Of a stretch of DNA of 31,902 bases, positions 26,398 through 31,902 are shown one piece after another (positions within the stretch are counted from its first letter, which is position 1; each line of letters begins with the position of its first letter). The DNA comes from a virus (Duplodnaviria > Caudoviricetes), in IMG/VR virus record IMGVR_UViG_3300020042_007667, positions 1 to 31,902 of that record. One strand, given 5' to 3'. A model generated the notes under the pieces. It was not told where the DNA came from, made no database searches, and saw nothing but the letters and a program-made list of their open reading frames with translations. The position numbers were made by a program, and so were the translations under genes.

Positions 26398-26581
26398 ACT
26401 AGTGCGACCTGAACACGCTGAACGAGTGCGTGATTTTTATCGCAGTCAGGGTGCATCTAAAGAACAGCAACGCATCATTGACTTGCTTGAGCGTTTGCCT
26501 TTTATCTGGGGTGGTACTACTCAGATGATTCAAACAAGCAGAGATGAAGTAATTGCACTTATCAAGGGAGAAACTAAATGA
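26390..26581 (+). CDS. Hypothetical protein (ExxRIIxLL family)
   Basis: ATG 26390; 'EQQRIIDLLE...DEVIALIKGETK'. Confidence 0.7.
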   Translation: MSELVRPEHAERVRDFYRSQGASKEQQRIIDLLERLPFIWGGTTQMIQTSRDEVIALIKGETK

Positions 26582-26769
26582 GTGAGCAGTGGGAAAATGA
26601 TGACGAAGTAACAACTACTTACGGATCAATTCAACTAAGCCTTAGACAGGCATACAGTGCGGGAACTATTACTGAGCGTAAACGTATTGTTGATCTGTTG
26701 ATGCAGACACCTGTATCGCCAGAGATTTATAAGTTGATTCAAGGGCTTAGGGGTGAAGTAGTTGAGTAA
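26578..26769 (+). CDS. Hypothetical protein (ExxRIIxLL family)
   Basis: GGGAG SD, 'ERKRIVDLL'. Confidence 0.7.
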   Translation: MSEQWENDDEVTTTYGSIQLSLRQAYSAGTITERKRIVDLLMQTPVSPEIYKLIQGLRGEVVE

Positions 26770-27013
26770 AGAACCGAACGGAGTGTTGGTAATGACTACT
26801 TGTAAATGTCGTGAAAACAATAAGAACATTGTGGTAACTAGAACCTGGTTTGATGAAACTTTGCAAAACAAGATTGAGCAAGGTGTAAAGCAGGAACGTG
26901 ATCGTGTTATCGCACTATTAGAAAACACATTTTATCCTTTAGATTATGGTCGTTGGCAGGCGGATGAACTTTTGGATGAAGTAATTGCACTTATCAAGGG
27001 AGAAACTAAATGA
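26762..27013 (+). CDS. Hypothetical protein (ExxRIIxLL family)
   Basis: 'ERDRVIALLE...DEVIALIKGETK'. Confidence 0.7.
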   Translation: MSKEPNGVLVMTTCKCRENNKNIVVTRTWFDETLQNKIEQGVKQERDRVIALLENTFYPLDYGRWQADELLDEVIALIKGETK

Positions 27014-27171
27014 CTGATCTAACGAAGCGGGAATCGTTTTATTTCATTGTTTCATCGTTAGCTGCTCTCAGCGTGTTGATCACTATTCTTGCGTTTTGGG
27101 CTGAACGCCAACCGAAGTGTTGGGATCAGTATTCAACTGAAGAACAAGCGATTCAGGTGTGTGAGCAGTGA
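27010..27171 (+). CDS. Small membrane-anchored protein (53 aa)
   Basis: Not in the ORF track. TM helix then 'CWDQYSTEEQAIQVCEQ'; ATGA and GTGA overlaps. Confidence 0.7.
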   Translation: MTDLTKRESFYFIVSSLAALSVLITILAFWAERQPKCWDQYSTEEQAIQVCEQ

Positions 27172-27419
27172 GATACTACAAGCCGTTGCCTTACCCGAAG
27201 CGTTTGATTGTGTCTGATGCCATTTTCTTTTGGCAAATTAATCAAGCGAAGTTACGACAGATCAGGGCGTGGCAGGCTGAAGCAGTCAATACGATGCAGA
27301 TTGAAACAGGTTTCTCAAAACGTAGATGCTTTAGGCTTTTAGATGAGTTGGAGAGTATTGATGACTTTTGGGATAGTAAAGGCAATAAACTAATAAAAAC
27401 AGAAGGAAGAACGAAATGA
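27168..27419 (+). CDS. Hypothetical protein
   Basis: Coupled ORF. Confidence 0.6.
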   Translation: MRYYKPLPYPKRLIVSDAIFFWQINQAKLRQIRAWQAEAVNTMQIETGFSKRRCFRLLDELESIDDFWDSKGNKLIKTEGRTK

Positions 27420-27646
27420 CTTGTACCAATTGCAGTACCGAATGTAAATGCAGAAACTTGAACGCAGTAAACATTTTCAGCAAGGATTATAAGGCTGGGG
27501 AGATTGCTGGTAGATCTGCAGAAGCAAACCGCACTACTGATGCGTTGATTGAACTTGAACGTGCAGAGATTATTTCTAACGCTCAAATGCAGGCAATACT
27601 TGACTTGATTCTGGAAAAACTTTCTGATTCGGTAGATATTGACTGA
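27416..27646 (+). CDS. Hypothetical protein with Cys-rich N-terminus
   Basis: GAAGGA SD, 'CTNCSTECKC'. Confidence 0.7.
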   Translation: MTCTNCSTECKCRNLNAVNIFSKDYKAGEIAGRSAEANRTTDALIELERAEIISNAQMQAILDLILEKLSDSVDID

Positions 27647-27786
27647 TGCTTGAATTTATTTTGACTTTGTTGCTAATCATAGTTTTAGGGCTTGGTGCGT
27701 TAATTGTTACAAGCGTTTTCGTTGCGTACATTACTCAAGCACAATACATTGACGAATATCAGTTTGGAGATAATGATGATGACTAG
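27646..27786 (+). CDS. Small membrane protein with acidic tail (46 aa)
   Basis: Not in the ORF track. TGATG coupling; MLEFILTLLLIIVLGLGALIVTSVFVAYITQAQYIDEYQFGDNDDD. Confidence 0.65.
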   Translation: MLEFILTLLLIIVLGLGALIVTSVFVAYITQAQYIDEYQFGDNDDD

Positions 27787-27991
27787 AGCGATTGATGAAG
27801 CAGTTGAGTTGCTTCGTGATCCCAACCTGGTCTGGGGTGCAGATTTTGATGGGATTAGATACGCTCTTGCTGATCTGTTGCTTGTGTCTGCAGCTCAGGG
27901 CGATGTTATGCAAACACTTGCAGATAGTCTTGCAAAACGAATCATTGAACCTTATGGAAAGAATTACGATCCGAAATTGGAGTTACGCTGA
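27773..27991 (+). CDS. Hypothetical protein
   Basis: GGAG SD before ATGATGATG; coupled to next gene. Confidence 0.65.
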   Translation: MMMTRAIDEAVELLRDPNLVWGADFDGIRYALADLLLVSAAQGDVMQTLADSLAKRIIEPYGKNYDPKLELR

Positions 27992-28215
27992 TGCTTGAAG
28001 ATTTGAGTTTGCCTGTAAAGTTGTACAGTTGCAGAGTGCGTACCGTCAGGGAAGAAATGTCTAAGAGTGATGGGCAAATTCTTGAAGATGCCGTTATGAA
28101 TCCTTTATGGCCTTGCAAAACTTTGCAGAATGAGTTGTTGAAGCGTGAAATTAAGTTAAGCGATACGATTATCAAAAATCATAGAGAGAAGCGTTGCTCG
28201 TGTTGGAAAATCTAG
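27991..28215 (+). CDS. Small HTH-like zinc-binding protein
   Basis: 'C.V...HREKRCSC'; directly upstream of and overlapping the phosphoesterase gene. Confidence 0.65.
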   Translation: MLEDLSLPVKLYSCRVRTVREEMSKSDGQILEDAVMNPLWPCKTLQNELLKREIKLSDTIIKNHREKRCSCWKI

Positions 28216-29366
28216 TTACACCTGCACCTAAGATTGTTGCCCCTGATGGTTGGAGTCCGTCTGTCGTGTTTGATGGCGATGGCGGTGAAGCAACTTTACC
28301 TAGTACGCCTGATGGTGAGTCTGCAGACATTGATGCGTTTTTGCGGGAAGCAGGCATTGACCCTGATCAGATTGAGATTGTTGGTGAGCCACGCATTTCA
28401 CGTTGGCAGGTTGCACGACCGTTTCCACTAGAACCTGCGTGGCATACTGCAGTAAAAGTTCGTTGGAGAGCAAAAAAATCTAGCATCAATCTTCCCTTGC
28501 TTTATAGTTTGGCTAGAAAAACTAAACGTCCTGTAGTGAAGCCTGTTGCTCAAGGTAAAGTTTTGATTGTTTTATGGTCAGATTTGCAGGTGGGTAAAGT
28601 TGATCATCGTGGTGGGATTGAAACGATGCTTGAACGTGTCGCAAAAACACAAACCAAACTGATTAAGTTAGTCAAGCAGACTAAGCCTGAACGTATCATT
28701 TTCTGCGATGTAGGCGATACGATTGAAAACTTTGGAAACGTTGCAGACCTACATCAGTTGGCAACTAATGATCTTAGTTTGATGCAACAAGTAGATCTGG
28801 CAACATCTCTGGCTTGGGAAACCTTGAAGCAGTTGAGTAAATACTCTCCGATAACTTATTTGAGTGTAGGAAGCAATCACTGCCAATTTAGAGTAAACAA
28901 ACAAAAGGTAGGCACTGCAACAGATGATTGGGGAATCCACATAGGACGAACTCTTGCTAGATTGAGCAAGGAAGTAGGACTAGACATTACATTTCACGAA
29001 CCTGCTAAACACGATGAGTCTTTAGCATTAGACGTTTTTGAAGATGGTTTCCATATCTTAGGTATGGTTCACGGTCATCAAGCAAATCGCCCTGAAGGTA
29101 TCCCTGATTGGTGGAGAAAGCAATCGTTCGGTAAGCAAGCAGTTACTGCTTCAACAATTTTAGTTAGCGGTCATTTTCATCATCTAAGAGTTCAAGAACT
29201 AGGATCCACAAATAGGGGAACATCACGCTTCTGGATTCAAGCATCAACACTAGATAATGGAAGCAACTGGTGGAGACTAAACAGCGGTGAAGATTCAACA
29301 CCTGGTTTAGTTTGTTTTGCGTTAGAACGTAATCAAGATTTTACAGGGACAGTACATAAGTTGTAG
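28194..29366 (+). CDS. Calcineurin-like metallophosphoesterase (Mre11-like)
   Basis: 'SDLQVGK', 'GDTIE', 'SNH', 'HGHQ', 'GHFHH' metal-binding motifs. Confidence 0.85.
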   Translation: MLVLENLVTPAPKIVAPDGWSPSVVFDGDGGEATLPSTPDGESADIDAFLREAGIDPDQIEIVGEPRISRWQVARPFPLEPAWHTAVKVRWRAKKSSINLPLLYSLARKTKRPVVKPVAQGKVLIVLWSDLQVGKVDHRGGIETMLERVAKTQTKLIKLVKQTKPERIIFCDVGDTIENFGNVADLHQLATNDLSLMQQVDLATSLAWETLKQLSKYSPITYLSVGSNHCQFRVNKQKVGTATDDWGIHIGRTLARLSKEVGLDITFHEPAKHDESLALDVFEDGFHILGMVHGHQANRPEGIPDWWRKQSFGKQAVTASTILVSGHFHHLRVQELGSTNRGTSRFWIQASTLDNGSNWWRLNSGEDSTPGLVCFALERNQDFTGTVHKL

Positions 29367-29444
29367 GGGCTGAAATGGTTTTGACGGTTTGTAAAGCCAC
29401 AAGTGGAAGCAGATCGGACTCGGGTTCAATTCCCGACAGCTCCA
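29366..29444 (+). ncRNA. tmRNA-like RNA reduced to the tRNA-like domain
   Basis: Acceptor GGGGCTG/CAGCTCC+A with G3-U; stemless D-loop AAATGGTTTTGAC; P2 GGTTTGT/GCAGATC; GGAC; T-arm TCGGG-TTCAATT-CCCGA. Confidence 0.85.
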
Positions 29445-29469
29445 CAAAAGACTAAAAGAAAGAGAAGAA

Positions 29470-29646
29470 ATGCCTATATACGTTTACATTTGTGAAAACT
29501 GCGGTGGCAGGAAACAGATCGTGGCAGAGATAACTGATGAAGTAAAAGCACCTTACTGCGATTTGTGTGAACTAGATATGGTTAGACTTTTTGGGGTAGG
29601 TGCTATTCGCTTTAATGGTGGCGGATGGGGTAAGGATGCCCGATGA
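29470..29646 (+). CDS. FmdB-family zinc ribbon protein (58 aa)
   Basis: Not in the ORF track. 'MPIYVYICENCG...PYCDLC...M.R......I.F.GGGW'. Confidence 0.85.
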   Translation: MPIYVYICENCGGRKQIVAEITDEVKAPYCDLCELDMVRLFGVGAIRFNGGGWGKDAR

Positions 29647-30176
29647 AACTAAAACTGATTGCTATCGCAGTAATGATACTAAGTCTAAATCTAGGTTCTA
29701 ACACTGTTCAAGCAGAACAACCACCTGCAAAGATTCAAGTTGTTGCTAAAACAAATCATCAAACGATAACTTATCTGAACGCTAAACAGATCAAAGCACA
29801 AGCCAAAAGAGATAAGTTGAAACGTGTAGTCAACTATCTAACAACAAGAGTTCATAAGACTGCTTATGTTTTTTCAGGTTCAACTGTCGCAGGTTGGGAC
29901 TGTTCAGGGATGGTTCGTTATGCGTATAAACGTATGAACATAGTGTTGCCACACTCTGCAAACAAACAGGCTCACGCAGGTACAAGAGTTAGCAAGCCTA
30001 GAGTTGGGGACATAGTTGTTTTTGCTTATCAAGGTTCAACAAACTTTTATCACTCTGCAATCTATGTAGGTTCAGGGCTGATCGTAAACGCTAACCTTCT
30101 CTATAAAACAACAGTGATACAACCGCTAACTGATTTCAAGAACTCACAGATCAGATTCGTTAGAGTTATCAAGTGA
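29643..30176 (+). CDS. NlpC/P60 peptidoglycan hydrolase with signal peptide
   Basis: N-terminal signal, 'Y.FSG....GWDCSG', 'GD.V.F', 'HSAIY.G'. Confidence 0.9.
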   Translation: MKLKLIAIAVMILSLNLGSNTVQAEQPPAKIQVVAKTNHQTITYLNAKQIKAQAKRDKLKRVVNYLTTRVHKTAYVFSGSTVAGWDCSGMVRYAYKRMNIVLPHSANKQAHAGTRVSKPRVGDIVVFAYQGSTNFYHSAIYVGSGLIVNANLLYKTTVIQPLTDFKNSQIRFVRVIK

Positions 30177-30382
30177 TTAGAGAAGTTTGTAGTTGTGGAG
30201 CAGAATTTGAGACAGACGATAGAGATGCAATTATCTTGGTGAAGAACTGGAGAAGAACACACAAACACTCAGATAAGCCTGCTACGCCTGATACAAAGGA
30301 TTCAACCGTGCTTACAAATACAGACATTGCTTTAGGTTTTCAGGCTATCTATGATCCTTACAACGACCCATTAGACGAATAG
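30173..30382 (+). CDS. Small putative zinc-binding protein
   Basis: 'CSCGA...WRRTHKH'. Confidence 0.65.
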   Translation: MIREVCSCGAEFETDDRDAIILVKNWRRTHKHSDKPATPDTKDSTVLTNTDIALGFQAIYDPYNDPLDE

Positions 30383-30393
30383 AAAGAACACAA

Positions 30394-31482
30394 ATGCAAC
30401 CTACGCTAATCATTGGTGATGCCACGATCTATCACGGCAATAACCTAGACGTGCTACCTACACTGCCTGATAACAGCGTTGACTCAATCGTTTGTGATCC
30501 ACCATACGAACTAGGATTTATGAACAAATCTTGGGATAGTTCAGGCATCGCCTACAACCTAGAACTATGGCGTGAGTGCTTAAGAGTTCTCAAACCTGGT
30601 GGGCATCTAATTGCATTTAGTGGTAGCAGAACTTATCACAGAATGACCGTAGCAATAGAAGATGCAGGATTTGAAATCAGGGATATGATCAGTTGGATAA
30701 GCAACAAAACATTTCCTAAATCACACAACATCAGCAAGGCAATAGACAAACTACACAGAGCAGAAAGAAAAGTTGTAGGCATAAACCAAAACGTTGTTAG
30801 AGCATCCAAGATTGCAGGCGGATCAGACTTTGGCGGATTTAGTAAAGCAAACCCAGAGATAACAGAATCAGCAACAGATGATGCAAAACAATGGGAAGGA
30901 TGGGGAACAGCGTTAAAACCCACAGTTGAACCAATCGTGTTGGCTCGTAAACCTGTTCAAGGAACTATTGCAGAAAACATTTTGACTTATGGTGTTGGCG
31001 GAATCAACATTGATAAGACACGAATAGGCACAGAAATAATAACGATAAACAGTTTTGATAATGGTGCAAAACCTTTTGGCAATGCTATAGGCGAACCTTA
31101 TACATCAAAACAATCAGAAGGTAGATGGCCCGCCAATCTTGTAATAAATGAAACAACAGCCGAAGAACTAGGAGATGAAAGAAAGTTTTTTTATGTTGCA
31201 CGAGCAAGTAAGTCTGATCGCAACGAAGGCTTAGACATAATCAACAATCATCCAACAGTAAAACCAACTTCATTGATGCAATACCTAATTCGGCTAATCA
31301 CACCCGATAACGGTGTTGTGTTAGATCCTTTTGCAGGTTCAGGCTCAACAGGTAAAGCAACTATTTTAGAAAACAAAAGATTTATAGGAATAGAACTAAC
31401 GGCAGAATACCTACCAATTATTGAAGGCAGACTACAACACGCTTTACAAACACGCATCCAAGAAAATAATAACAATGAGTAG
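30394..31482 (+). CDS. DNA N6-adenine/N4-cytosine methyltransferase, beta class
   Basis: 'DPPY' precedes 'HPTVKP' and 'LDPFAGSGSTG'. Confidence 0.93.
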   Translation: MQPTLIIGDATIYHGNNLDVLPTLPDNSVDSIVCDPPYELGFMNKSWDSSGIAYNLELWRECLRVLKPGGHLIAFSGSRTYHRMTVAIEDAGFEIRDMISWISNKTFPKSHNISKAIDKLHRAERKVVGINQNVVRASKIAGGSDFGGFSKANPEITESATDDAKQWEGWGTALKPTVEPIVLARKPVQGTIAENILTYGVGGINIDKTRIGTEIITINSFDNGAKPFGNAIGEPYTSKQSEGRWPANLVINETTAEELGDERKFFYVARASKSDRNEGLDIINNHPTVKPTSLMQYLIRLITPDNGVVLDPFAGSGSTGKATILENKRFIGIELTAEYLPIIEGRLQHALQTRIQENNNNE

Positions 31483-31804
31483 ATTTCCTAAGCCCTGTCT
31501 AGCCTGCAACGTACTAACATCAGGCGGATCATACTGCGACAGGCATCAAGCAACAGTTGATGAGAGAGAAAGACTAAGACAAAATAATCGCAAGCGAAAT
31601 AGAACGCTCTACGACTCAACGCATTATCGTAAGGCTAGGGCATACCTTCGGGCTACTGCCACCCACTGCCATCTCTGCAAGCAACCGTTCACAGATCGTA
31701 AAGACATCACCGCAGATCACATAGAAGCAGGCAACCCCCTATCCCCACTTGCACCTGCTCACTCAGTATGCAACTCCAGAAGGGGAAACAAACCACTGAC
31801 CTAA
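31475..31804 (+). CDS. HNH endonuclease (packaging-associated)
   Basis: 'CHLC...ADHI...PAHSVCNSRRG'; last gene before the genome end, i.e. upstream of terS on the circular map. Confidence 0.9.
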   Translation: MSRFPKPCLACNVLTSGGSYCDRHQATVDERERLRQNNRKRNRTLYDSTHYRKARAYLRATATHCHLCKQPFTDRKDITADHIEAGNPLSPLAPAHSVCNSRRGNKPLT

Positions 31805-31839
31805 AAAAAATACAAACACTTAAACAATCAACTATTCAA

Positions 31840-31902
31840 CCCTAAGCCCTTGAATCAACTTATAAATCTCTGGCGATACAGGTGTCTGCATCAACAGATC
31901 AA
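31840..31902. repeat. Inverted copy of 26690-26752 (probable chimeric contig end)
   Basis: 63-bp perfect reverse-complement match. Confidence 0.9.

Larger units (their letters stand above)
26543..27013 (+). repeat. 39-bp perfect direct repeat (26543-26581 and 26975-27013)
   Basis: GATGAAGTAATTGCACTTATCAAGGGAGAAACTAAATGA at both positions. Confidence 0.92.

Noticed and set aside
7360-28431. Short alternative-frame + strand ORFs (7360, 7552, 10209, 13778, 17023, 20830, 21657, 27792, 28234)
   Set aside because: Nested within recognised genes, no SD or motifs, Leu-rich off-frame composition.
29366-29447. Canonical tRNA-Ala gene or an attP copy of host ssrA
   Set aside because: There is no D-stem or 7-nt anticodon loop. 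An attP would normally duplicate only one end of ssrA, whereas both ends are present and paired through P2, and no integrase is encoded.
15-31475. Numerous minus-strand ORFs in the track (e.g. 324-668, 7098-7586, 22734-23252, 23310-23693)
   Set aside because: They are shadows of well-supported + strand genes, with no motifs and Asn/Ile/Thr/Gln-biased composition expected from the G+T skew. Only whiB is retained.
1-31902. Inverted terminal repeats of a linear genome
   Set aside because: The two ends do not match each other; each matches a different internal locus, and the left one truncates terS.

Overview
A nearly complete genome of a tailed (siphovirus-like, HK97-fold) bacteriophage. Almost all genes are on the + strand. 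Gene order: small/large terminase, portal, multi-domain prohead protease, major capsid, a glycosyltransferase/cytidylyltransferase block, head-tail and tail genes (with a -1 frameshifted tail chaperone and a short tape measure), lysis genes, a single minus-strand whiB, YqaJ recombination genes, a DNA-modification block (split C5-methyltransferase, second C5-type methyltransferase, DUF4338/DruA-like protein), replication genes (HTH initiator with iterons, DnaB, SSB, RusA), many small ORFs, a metallophosphoesterase, NlpC/P60, a beta-class amino-methyltransferase and a terminal HNH. WhiB and TAnnnT leaderless promoters in an AT-rich genome point to a low-GC, probably freshwater, actinobacterial host (inference). 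I saw no integrase, repressor or DNA polymerase. The most striking element is a 79-nt tmRNA-like RNA (29366-29444) reduced to its tRNA-like domain. Its first base is the last base of the upstream stop codon, so maturation would create a non-stop mRNA. Both contig ends are inverted copies of internal sequence and are probably chimeric artefacts. All assignments are by-eye motif recognition; no database searches were run.
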